Positions 52,299-60,759 of a DNA stretch of 64,000 bases are shown one piece after another. How positions within the stretch are numbered: position 1 is the first letter of the stretch; each line of letters opens with the position of its first letter. The translations under genes and the position numbers were made by a program. This stretch comes from Rhodothermales bacterium. Its GTDB lineage: Bacteria > Bacteroidota > Rhodothermia > Rhodothermales > VXPQ01. The notes under the pieces are model-generated. The model searched no databases, had not been told where the DNA came from, and saw nothing but the letters and a program-made list of their open reading frames with translations. The stretch is taken from assembly GCA_040904565.1 (NCBI GenBank), contig JBBDTI010000061.1:42477-106476 (forward strand), written 5' to 3'.

Positions 52299-53360
52299 TC
52301 AGTGCACGGCGGCCGGGGCAAACCCGGCCGGCGAAGCGCCGGCAAGGACGTCCGGTTCGAGCGGAGGTTCTTTGAAGTGAAGCGCCAGCCGGACGTTGAT
52401 GCGGAGCAGTACGTCGGGTCGATGCGCGAAGTCGGTCAGGCAGCGCCGGCCTTCGGGCGTGGACAGGACCGAGAAGCAGAGATCACACGGGCCCGTGAAT
52501 CCGTCTCGATCCATCACGGCTGTCAGCTCCGGATACTCGACCAACAGCTGGGCGACGCCCCTGGGGCCGTGCGTGCGCAGGTACTGGTACGGCACGTTCA
52601 GCCGTGCCTGCTCCATGATGGCCGCAAACGACTGCTGCCGGAGGTTTCCCAGGTAGTACGGCAGGTCGGACATGTCCCCGTGCGCGCCGACCTTCCCCGC
52701 GTGGCAGGCAAAGACGTAGCCGTCCGGATTGATGATCGGCGTCTCCAGCCAGCACGTCGATTCGTAGTTCTCCGGAACGGGCCTCACCATCGGATCCTGG
52801 TCCTTTATCGCACGCCGAATAAACCGCGTCGGGATGACACGCGACTCATAGAAGCGGACGCGGTCCCCATAGCGTTCGTAGTTCGCGCGCACCTCGGCGC
52901 GCTCCTTCTCCGACGAATAGGTAATGCACAGTGTGATGTCCGGAATCGAAAGGATGTCGGCCGCGGCAATGACGTTGTGGATGTACTCGTACGGGATCCG
53001 CTTTTGATGGAAGGAGTCGGTACTCAAGTAGAGATGCTCGACGCCCCGGAGCTGCCGCAGCGTTTCCACACCGGTCGGCACGGATGTCGCCCAGTACGAG
53101 CTCGTGAACACCCAGCTCGGCACGCCGAGATCGGCAGCGGCGTGCGTGCCCTGTTTGAGCACGTCGAACCGTTCAAACGGCTCGCCCCCCGTAAAAATGA
53201 CGGCGGGGATTCCATATCGACAGGCCTGCTGCACCCAGGCCACCAGCTCGCCAGCATTCGTTTCTCGATCCCGCTTCGATCCGATGAATCCACAGTGCGC
53301 ACAACCAACGTGGCACCCCTCTGTAACACTGACGAGTATGGACGTAAACGAAGGGTTCAT
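52299..53360 (-). CDS. radical SAM protein with C-terminal Cys cluster (YydG/twitch-like)
   Basis: CHVGCAHC, FTGGEPF, TSSYWATS, STDSFH, INPDGYVFACH, LGNL, PCDLC; ATGA overlap with the upstream gene. Confidence 0.92.
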   Translation of the reverse strand: MNPSFTSILVSVTEGCHVGCAHCGFIGSKRDRETNAGELVAWVQQACRYGIPAVIFTGGEPFERFDVLKQGTHAAADLGVPSWVFTSSYWATSVPTGVETLRQLRGVEHLYLSTDSFHQKRIPYEYIHNVIAAADILSIPDITLCITYSSEKERAEVRANYERYGDRVRFYESRVIPTRFIRRAIKDQDPMVRPVPENYESTCWLETPIINPDGYVFACHAGKVGAHGDMSDLPYYLGNLRQQSFAAIMEQARLNVPYQYLRTHGPRGVAQLLVEYPELTAVMDRDGFTGPCDLCFSVLSTPEGRRCLTDFAHRPDVLLRINVRLALHFKEPPLEPDVLAGASPAGFAPAAVH

Positions 53361-54292
53361 GAGAGCGGCACCAGTCCTTCGACGAGATTTAACGGGACGG
53401 CGTCCGCACTGAACTCCTCCCAACCAAAGTAATCGATGTATTCAGGGTAGACTCCTCCGCAGATCGAACGGACGCTACAGTCACTGCAGGGCGCTCCGAA
53501 TACGCTCATCTTATCCCTCATGAAGTTGTCGTAGCTCTCGAGAACCTGGCCGCGAACGAGGAGCTTGATGTGGCGATACTCGTTCGTCAGGTGCAGCTGC
53601 TCGCGGCCACCGTCGATGCTGCAGTAGGGAAAGCCCTCGAGCGTCACGGTCCGACCGCACGCGATCGCATGATCGACGGCCGGATAAAGATGCCGTCGAA
53701 TCGCTGCCAGATCGGGCATGATGCGGGCCCGAGAGAAACGCGCGCTGCCGACCGGGTGCAGATTCGAGAAGTTGATATGATGGACGCCGAGGTCGCAGGC
53801 CAGCTCGGAGATCGCCGTGAGACGATCGAGGTTTTGCCGGGTGATCACCGTATTGGTGCGCACGTGGGCGCCATGGTCCTTCGCGTTGCGAATGCCTTCG
53901 ATGGTCTTCGCAAATCCCCCCGGACTGAACGTCTGGCTGTCGTGGTACTCCGCTTCGTCGCCGTGGAGCGAGACGATGAACTTGGTCACGTTTCGCTCGA
54001 CAAGGGTCTTGACGAAACGCTCCCGGGCGAGACGGATGCCGTTCGTCTGGAGATGGACCTCCGAATATCCAAGCTCACGGATGTAGTCGAGGACCTCCAC
54101 GAAGTGCGGGTGAATGGTCGGCTCTCCCCCGTGGAGGTTCACGGCGCCGTACCCCTCGTGCTGATGGTCCTCAAGAAACGAAAGGACCTCATCGTAGCGT
54201 ACGCTGTCCGTCGTATACAACGGCGATCCCACGACGCAAAAGGTGCACTCACTATTACAGAGATCGGTCAGGTGTATGCTCAGGCACTTCAT
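53357..54292 (-). CDS. radical SAM protein, HxsC-like
   Basis: CNSECTFC, HGGEPT, QTNG, SLHG..HD, EGFPYC, C-terminal CSDCSVRSICGGVYPEY...GWEEF. Confidence 0.92.
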   Translation of the reverse strand: MKCLSIHLTDLCNSECTFCVVGSPLYTTDSVRYDEVLSFLEDHQHEGYGAVNLHGGEPTIHPHFVEVLDYIRELGYSEVHLQTNGIRLARERFVKTLVERNVTKFIVSLHGDEAEYHDSQTFSPGGFAKTIEGIRNAKDHGAHVRTNTVITRQNLDRLTAISELACDLGVHHINFSNLHPVGSARFSRARIMPDLAAIRRHLYPAVDHAIACGRTVTLEGFPYCSIDGGREQLHLTNEYRHIKLLVRGQVLESYDNFMRDKMSVFGAPCSDCSVRSICGGVYPEYIDYFGWEEFSADAVPLNLVEGLVPLS

Positions 54293-54339
54293 ACCAGTCT
54301 CGCAGGTGGGAATGCACGCGATAAACGGTCTCGGCGGTT

Positions 54340-54400
54340 GGCGGCCGGACGTGGAACGTCCCGCCGGACGCCTGTCCGGTCGATACGGTGACAGGCGCCC
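54340..54400. promoter_or_regulatory. two GC-rich stem-loops between the precursor genes and the first maturase
   Basis: ggacgt-gga-acgtcc with ggcg/cgcc extension; cgcctgtc...gacaggcg 8-bp stem; no U tract. Confidence 0.45.
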
Positions 54401-54472
54401 GTGGGCAACCGATATCAGAGACAGAGGGAGTAGTAAGGCGCCGCAGACGTCGGGGTCGAAGCCCGGCGGGAG

Positions 54473-54706
54473 CTATTCGTACCCTCCATCATCCGCTTGG
54501 AGATCGCCAATCGATTCTTCAATCGCGCGGATCTCCGTGTCGCGAAGACTGAAGAGGTCCTGAAACTTCGTGGGTTCGGAAATGAGCGCCTTGGCAAAGC
54601 GTTCATCCGTGACCGCAAGACGCAGGGCGTCGTTTGCATCGAGCGCGCCGGAAGCAGGGCGATTTTCTTTTAGCGTCTCGGGAATCCTTTTCTTTTTTGA
54701 AGCCAT
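54473..54706 (-). CDS. candidate RiPP precursor peptide (NHLP-clan-like leader, tail DDGGYE)
   Basis: 77 aa; GAGG RBS; DALRLAVTDERFAKALISEP..F.L...EIRAI motif shared with both halves of the upstream gene. Confidence 0.8.
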   Translation of the reverse strand: MASKKKRIPETLKENRPASGALDANDALRLAVTDERFAKALISEPTKFQDLFSLRDTEIRAIEESIGDLQADDGGYE

Positions 54707-54751
54707 GAACGTACCTCAAGCACGTTGATTTGGGAGATTACGGGTGGTGAC

Positions 54752-55183
54752 TCAGCTGGCGTACGCCGCTGTATCGGAAAGGTCGGCCAATGACTCGACC
54801 TTGCGAATGGCCTCTACCTGATTCTTCGTCAGGTTGAAGGGTCCTTCGAAGTCGTCTGGGTGCGCCAGCACGGCTTGAGCGAATTCATTGTCTGCGGCAG
54901 CGAGCCGCAGTACGTCCTGCAAGTCGAGTACGACTTTTTCGTCGGTTGTCTGGTTTTCCATAAGTTTATTCAGTGATGTGAGCGCTTCTTTTGAGGTCTG
55001 CTCCCCTGCCGCCCGCACGGCATTCACCTGGTCGGGCTTCAGATTGAACGGACGGACGAAGTGCTCGGGTTGCTGGAGTAACGTGCGCGCAAATGCGTCA
55101 TCCGCGCCAGCCAATCGAAGAGCATCCTTGAAACTGAGTTGGATGGGCTCCTGCGTAGATCGGCCGTACACGTCGGGTGCCAT
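54752..55183 (-). CDS. candidate RiPP precursor or accessory protein with tandem-duplicated NHLP-clan-like domain (tail DTAAYAS)
   Basis: DALRLAGADDAFARTLLQQPEHFVRPFNLKPDQVNAVR and DVLRLAAADNEFAQAVLAHPDDFEGPFNLTKNQVEAIR. Confidence 0.8.
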   Translation of the reverse strand: MAPDVYGRSTQEPIQLSFKDALRLAGADDAFARTLLQQPEHFVRPFNLKPDQVNAVRAAGEQTSKEALTSLNKLMENQTTDEKVVLDLQDVLRLAAADNEFAQAVLAHPDDFEGPFNLTKNQVEAIRKVESLADLSDTAAYAS

Positions 55184-56051
55184 GATAGATCAGTTGGTGT
55201 GTGGAGGAAGACTCGCTTCATCGCCGACCGGCCCATTTACATGAACCGGATCACGTGAGAGGACTCAGGTGAAACGGCTAACATTATACAACACGGCCGA
55301 TACGAAGCTATGTGCTCGCATACAGGACACCCGTGAGCATCAGTACTGCTTTACTGAATCAAGCGTCACGAACTGCTCTATCCGCGAGCAGGCGCTAGAG
55401 AAATGGCGTAACGCGCCATCCAGACATCGAGGGTCGAGAACATCTGGTTCATCCCAGGAAAAGCGGGTACAAACAACCCTCGATTGAAATGATAGGCCGG
55501 GTTTGGTTGATTGTCAAGGGATCGGCATTCGCTGATAGCAGAATCGACTTCACATACTGGATGCCGACGCGCGCAGCACCTCGTTAACGTGCTCCAGAAT
55601 CCACAGATACCCGGCGTCGGGCACCGCCTCGGCCCTACAGTGTGGGATGGTATCACAGATGTGGCGCCCCATGGCGGGCGAAACGCTACGGTCGAGCCGG
55701 CACGACCACGAATGGACGGGTACGCTGATCTCATCCGGCGGAAATCCCCACGGGCGTCCATGATTGGCCCTCAGGTCATCCACCATTCGGTGCGACCCGC
55801 TGCGCACGGCCGAAGAGAAAATCGAGTAAGGCCTGTCGAACGAGAACGCTTCTAGAAACACCTTCTTCTGCACCACCCTCGTCGAGGGCAACTTTGACAT
55901 CCTCGGGAAGGCTTATCGATACCGTTTCACGTATTACCTACCTCGAGTTGCTGGCTTGCTGTGTCAATTATCAACACAGCGCCGAAAAGAAAGGTTGCCG
56001 CGAGCACGGCGCCTCCCGGCGGAGAAAAACGGGCCCTGCAATCGAGGCGCC

Positions 56052-56108
56052 GTGTAACGACTCGGCAATAAGCGGTGGGCGGAGCCCGTCCGCTCCGCCT
56101 TGTTAGCA
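56052..56108 (-). mobile_element. integron attC site (short)
   Basis: Minus strand TGCTAAC AAGGCGGAGCGGACGGGCTCCGCCCACCGCTTATTGCCGAGTC GTTACAC; gene stop TAA within R''. Confidence 0.75.
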
Positions 56109-56516
56109 GGCATTCTCCCCGTCGGATGAGAATTGCATGGTCCGCCAGACAACCTTCCACTCGCCAGCACATCGTGAAAACACCAGGAGGTCGTGCCCAT
56201 GCTCACGATGGGTCACCCCGTCGATCTCGTACATGACACTGAACGAGCATACTGCCACGGCCACGTCACCAACGATGTCAACCTCCGGACCACCCGCCGA
56301 GAATTCTAGCGTCGTTACGGCTTCGTCGTAGTCGCGGTAGGACTGCACGTAGGCGCCGCGACCGCGCACACGAGAACCGAATCCAGATGGGGCGGGCGTG
56401 CCTCCGTCTGCCAGCAAGGCCCCGATTCGGTCGTATTGCTTCGCTCGCCAGCGCTCGTTCATCGTGCGCACGGCACTCCGAATGGCCTCGTGTTCGGTTT
56501 GTGCTTGGTTGTCCAT
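56103..56516 (-). CDS. NTF2-like (DUF4440) protein, integron cassette gene (copy 2)
   Basis: Same length (414 nt) and near-identical to 20151-20564. Confidence 0.88.
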   Translation of the reverse strand: MDNQAQTEHEAIRSAVRTMNERWRAKQYDRIGALLADGGTPAPSGFGSRVRGRGAYVQSYRDYDEAVTTLEFSAGGPEVDIVGDVAVAVCSFSVMYEIDGVTHREHGHDLLVFSRCAGEWKVVWRTMQFSSDGENAC

Positions 56517-56537
56517 ACCCATGTCCTGGTCCAGTTC

Positions 56538-56657
56538 GGCTAACGGCTCGCACCTCAGCCGCACCGCAACATATCCGTTCTTTCGAGGCAATGTACACGC
56601 CAGTGCTACTTGAGGCAATTCGTTCGTGCGGCGTTCGCCTGCAGCGTGTTGTTATGT
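56538..56657 (-). mobile_element. integron attC site (long)
   Basis: Minus strand ACATAAC AACACGCTGCAGGCGAACGCCGCA...GCGGTGCGGCTGAGGTGCGAGCC GTTAGCC. Confidence 0.8.
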
Positions 56658-56664
56658 GGGGCTT

Positions 56665-57360
56665 TCATAGGGCGTGATAAGCCACAACAACGTATGGCCG
56701 ACACTCTTCTTCTGGCTCTGCGAAGTCCGCCGGGAGCAACACGAACTCCACGTCGCGGAAGCCTGCACTTTTGAGTGCCTGAAGCACTGGCGTTTCGTCT
56801 TCGAGCTGCATGAATGGAAGTGAGGCTCTGACATCTGGGCTGTAATAGTGAGCGAAGAACTGCTCCTCATCAGTCTGCGGATCCACGTCAGGCGAAGCCT
56901 GTAACGCATCGATCGCCAGCAAACGCCCACTTGGCCGAAGGATGCGATACCAACGCGCTACCGCTTCAGTGGCGTCCGGCAGCGTCCAGAGGGCATTCCT
57001 GCATGTAATGACGGAAGCTCTCGGCGTCGAACGATGGCGCCACAGAGTCCGCCTCGACAAACGCCACGGCCAATCCTCGATCCTCTGCTATCTTACGAGC
57101 AATCGTAAGCATTCCGGAGCTAAATCTGCACCGGTAACCGTGTGGCCACTGGCGGCGCAGATCAGGGTCCCAAAGCCGGTACCAGTGGAAAGATCCAAGA
57201 CATCTGAGGGTGAATCCGGAAGGAATCGCCTGTAAAGGCTCACCCAGCGCTCATATTCGGGAGAGCCCGCGGGCACAGTATTTCCAGGATGATTCTCATA
57301 AAGGGGCGCTACTTTGTTCCAGAACTGCGTAATCGCTGCTTGGCTAGCACTATTGCTCAT
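56665..57360 (-). pseudogene. class I SAM methyltransferase cassette gene, split
   Basis: N-part VLDLSTGTGFG..GADLA (57088-57360) and C-part CRNALWTLPD..RILRPSGRLL (56665-57060); ends 8 nt before an attC. Confidence 0.8.
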
Positions 57361-57414
57361 TTTCCATCCTGTCTATGTTCGCCGCCTTACACCGCTCCGC
57401 AACTACTTTCTACT

Positions 57415-58345
57415 TACCAGTCCCGATTTATGTGTAAAAGCGGCTTTCCGCTAGGATTACATTTTGGTCATGCGGCTCTGGCGATCGGTTCGGGCTCTTC
57501 GAAGGATCTCTTCCATTCGTAGAAGCCGTCCATGTTGAAGTACCGCCTCCCGGTGGACCACTCTTCGTGTTGTTCGGCGCAGCGGGCTCCGATGAGCCGC
57601 CAGGCCGATCGCACGTTCGGGAAGATGCGGATCACCTTCTCACGCCGCCGTATTTCCTCGATATAGCGCTCGACGCTGTTGGTGGTACGAAGCCTGCGCC
57701 GGTACTTCTCCGGCAGCGTAAGAACCGCTGTCGCATCCTCAAAGCCGTTCTCGAGCTTCTCGAGGGCCCGGTCAGCCTTGCCGCCGAGGGCCTCCTGCGC
57801 CTCCGTGAGCGCCTCGCGTGCAGCCGCCGGGGAGTCGGCCTCCAGGATGGCATCGAGCCACTCGTGAACGTCGTCTCGATGGGTCTCGGGCGTAGCGTCG
57901 CTCACGTTGCGTCGGAAGTGGGCCTGGCACCGCTGCCAGACCGCTCCGGGGAAGCGTTCGCGCAGCGCCTGGGTGAGCCCTTCGTGGGCGTCGCTCGCGG
58001 CGAACTCCACCCCGCGCAGGCCGCGGTCTCGGAGCTGCTGCAGGAAGTCCGCCCAGGCCTCGCCGGTCTCCTTGAAGGACAGATCGATGCCGAGGATCTC
58101 ACGGTAGCCCCCTTCATTGACGCCGATCGCGAGCATCACCGTCGTCGACCGCACCGCGCCCTGACGTCTCACCTTTACGTGCATCGCATCTACCATCAGG
58201 AACGGATACGTCGTGGCGCCCAGCGGCCGCTCCGCCCAGGCCTCCACCCGTGCGTCGAGCTGCTTGCAGAGCCGGCTCACGGTCGACTTCGAGAAGGCCC
58301 GTCCGCAGAGCTTCTCGGTGATCTTCTTCACCCGCCGCGTCGAGA
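57415..58345 (-). mobile_element. IS256 family element, 5'-truncated
   Basis: Transposase remnant plus an IRR-like end (minus strand TTTTACACATAAATCGGGAC near 57420-57439); left end and N-terminus missing; bounds approximate. Confidence 0.8.
57468..58331 (-). pseudogene. IS256 family transposase, N-terminally truncated
   Basis: STRRVKKITEKLCG, VDAMHVKVR, SDAHEGL, WQRCQAHFRRN, LRTTNSVER..EIRRR. Confidence 0.9.
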
Positions 58346-58476
58346 CGATTCTAAAGCGTCGAGAACTGGGCGAAGTCTTGGATTCTTACCATGGTGACAC
58401 CGTGCCAGTTCTATCCACTTGTTAAGGTCAAGATAGATGAACTGCATTAGGTTGAATTGGTCCGTGTAACGACTGT

Positions 58477-58947
58477 CTACTGCGTATTACTGTTACTAAT
58501 TAGTCGTGAAATTTTCCATTGCCCCTCAGGCTCTCGAACATAAATGACAACTTGTTTGACATCCACAGAAACAATCTCATTTGAGCCATGAACGTCAACT
58601 TCACCAGTTACTCTGGTGCGAGCAAATGCCCAATCCCCATGACCTTTAATTTCAATAGCTTTAATTGAAATTGACGCTTGATGTTTAAAACCTGCTTCTG
58701 CCGTTTCTATTAGTTCTTCCCTGGTAGTTAGAGCAGGTGAACCCGGGGGCATATACACTGCATCAGTGGCAAACAAGTTTACCCACTTGTCAACGGCGCT
58801 GGCATTATTATAAGTTTCTGTTTTCTGAATAATCTTTTTAATTGCAGTTTTATCATTTTCAGACAAACTATTTTTCTGACCGTACGATGTCAGTGGATTT
58901 CCCATTAGAAATAACATGGTGAAGAGATATAAAAAAAATGTTTTCAT
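58477..58947 (-). CDS. YybH/DUF4440 NTF2-like secreted protein (AT-rich cassette gene)
   Basis: AAGGAGG RBS; FATDAVYMPPG, GDWAF, GQWKISRLISN; begins just downstream of an attC. Confidence 0.85.
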   Translation of the reverse strand: MKTFFLYLFTMLFLMGNPLTSYGQKNSLSENDKTAIKKIIQKTETYNNASAVDKWVNLFATDAVYMPPGSPALTTREELIETAEAGFKHQASISIKAIEIKGHGDWAFARTRVTGEVDVHGSNEIVSVDVKQVVIYVREPEGQWKISRLISNSNTQ

Positions 58948-58974
58948 CGATTCCTCCTTTTTAGTTGGTTTGCT

Positions 58975-59097
58975 GCCTAACGGCTCGCGCCTCAGCCGCC
59001 GCGTAAGTGCAGGGTACGGACACCGCGGGCGCGAACCCATTCGTTTGTCAACATCGGTGCCTTCATCGCGCGGCCGGCCTGCAGGCGTTTGTTATAC
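58975..59097 (-). mobile_element. integron attC site (long)
   Basis: Minus strand GTATAAC AAACGCCTGCAGGCCGGCCGCGCG...CGCGGCGGCTGAGGCGCGAGCC GTTAGGC. Confidence 0.85.
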
Positions 59098-59123
59098 GCA
59101 TCTGTTCCGAGTAACGGCCAGGT

Positions 59124-59657
59124 TCATGATTCCCATGATTGTTCAGCAAGTATTTGGGCGATCTTCGCTGCGAAGACGCGTCTTGCCTTGTCAACCGTGA
59201 GACCTGTCACGTCGCACGTGTGACTTGACCTCTCGTACAGCTTCAGGCGGTGGCCAGAATATTCAACATTGATATACTGATCGACTGAGCGATTTGCATT
59301 TCGGTTGCCGCCACGATCGTAGACTTCCTCTGGTGGAGCCAGTATGGCTATCGTCGGACCAGGATGGGCGTCTAACCAAGCGACTGCCATTCTCGACTGG
59401 AGAGCGCCAGCCCCAACAGCAACAGCGGCAATATTCCGAGACCTAAACTCCGACAACGACTCCACTTGCGCTCGACAAAGGCGAAGAAAGTCATCGTCGT
59501 TTCCGACTCGAGGAAGCAGTGCGCTAGCAGCTTCACCGTAATACTCACTCACCATCTTGTCGAGATCGTACGCACGGCATCTTCCTACTGTAGTACCGGC
59601 ATACTCACAATAGTCGGTCTTGCCTACGCCGGAGGGTCCAATAGCCAAAATAACCAT
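59124..59657 (-). CDS. P-loop kinase-like protein (shikimate/NMP kinase fold), cassette gene
   Basis: IGPSGVGKT Walker A, DLDKMV, VAVGAGAL; followed by an attC. Confidence 0.7.
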   Translation of the reverse strand: MVILAIGPSGVGKTDYCEYAGTTVGRCRAYDLDKMVSEYYGEAASALLPRVGNDDDFLRLCRAQVESLSEFRSRNIAAVAVGAGALQSRMAVAWLDAHPGPTIAILAPPEEVYDRGGNRNANRSVDQYINVEYSGHRLKLYERSSHTCDVTGLTVDKARRVFAAKIAQILAEQSWES

Positions 59658-59702
59658 TTGGAGTTAGATCCTGATCACTGACGGCGTAAAATAGCGCTGG
59701 AT

Positions 59703-59822
59703 GCGTATTGGCTCGGCAATAAGCGGCAGGTGCGGCGCCGACGCTCGGGAAATTTACAGAGGCGCGGCGTCGAATACAGCGGAGCGGTCGTGCGCCTGTC
59801 CGACTTCATTGCTTTGATATTC
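59703..59822 (-). mobile_element. degenerate attC site
   Basis: gcgtatt-ggctcggcaataagcggcagg...cctgtccgacttcattgcttt-gatattc: attC-like arms, both R boxes mutated. Confidence 0.55.
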
Positions 59823-60519
59823 CCAAGAAGGCCCCCTGCCTCCGAAATTGGAGTGCAGTTCAACAGAAAACAGGAGGCACTTCCATGGAAACGATTTACT
59901 ACACCGGAATCGATCAGCACAAGCGATCGAGCTATCTGACCACTGTCGGCGCAGCTCCGACCGCGCGTCATCATGATATCACGCATTTCGGCGAATAACG
60001 AATGCACGTGCCCGTAAAACGTGCATGCTCTCCTGCGTACGCACGGTGAACTCGAACCCTATACAGCACGATTGGCTATCCGATGCGCATTTTCCCAAGG
60101 CGATCTCCGTTGCCAGGATGGCGGTCCAACCGAGATTATCTGTTGTCGTGACGCTGTAGTGCACGATCGAGCGTATTGGCACCGGCGTCCGAGTCGCGGA
60201 CACCGCGGATCTCTTCTCATTGGCGGGTCCCTGCGCTAAGCCCTCGCCGTGCACGCTGCCTAGCCAAACTTTACAGGTACTCCCATCCAGCTTTACGGAT
60301 ACCGACTTCCTCCTTACTCCCTTCGATAGTGCTGGTGCAACGCCGGCGCGTGGCAGGCCATGCGCTACAGAGCAGACGGTAGACACCGGGTACCCTGTCG
60401 CTGCATTAAGGGTACTTTCCGCGCGACGGCCCATACATCCTCGCGCGCACTCTCATATCGCGAACCTCGTACGTCGCTCTCGGCGCGCATCATCGGCCAT
60501 TGCCATCGACCGCCGGAGC

Positions 60520-60660
60520 GTCCCGCCGATCTTGAAGCCGAGTCCCGCGTCGATCCGGTAGGCGCGCCCGGTGATGAAGCCGGCATCGTAGCTCGCGAGT
60601 TAAGCAATAAAGTTCGAGATCTGCTCCGGCTGCCCGATGCGGTCAACGAGGTGCGCGTGC
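60520..60660 (-). pseudogene. SDR oxidoreductase, C-terminal remnant
   Basis: My translation: GQPEQISNFIA*LASYDAGFITGRAYRIDAGLG; bounds approximate. Confidence 0.55.
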
Positions 60661-60759
60661 CGTACGTCGTAGTGGTCAGTTGGCAATAGTGCGTTGGAAG
60701 CGGTCTGTTGCTGGCTGTCAGTTAGCCGATAACAGTAGGAAGCTCGGAGCTCTCACTGC

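Larger units (their letters stand above)
41328..55183 (-). other. putative radical SAM / glycosylation RiPP biosynthetic gene cluster
   Basis: 14 intact, tightly spaced genes: 2 precursor-like, 4 radical SAM, 2 GT-B-like, NTP transferase, GT2, GT1, 2 methyltransferases, Rieske oxygenase. Confidence 0.8.

Noticed and set aside
15833-54475. Amber recoding (pyrrolysine or alternative code) suggested by in-frame TAGs at 15833, 27665 and 54473
   Set aside because: TAG serves as a normal stop for intact genes here (e.g. the Rieske gene); no pyl genes or suppressor tRNA seen; other pseudogenes are broken by TGA, TAA and frameshifts
55160-55183. VYG near the N-terminus of the 143-aa protein as a spliceotide (PlpX-type XYG) site
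   Set aside because: It lies before the leader-like domain, is absent from the second peptide, and no PlpY-like RRE gene is evident
55269-56040. Additional cluster genes or a regulator upstream of the precursors
   Set aside because: Only short ORFs with no recognisable family; looks like promoter region plus decayed cassette sequence
59830-60500. Coding genes in this interval
   Set aside because: ORFs lack recognisable motifs and convincing starts; probably degraded remnants
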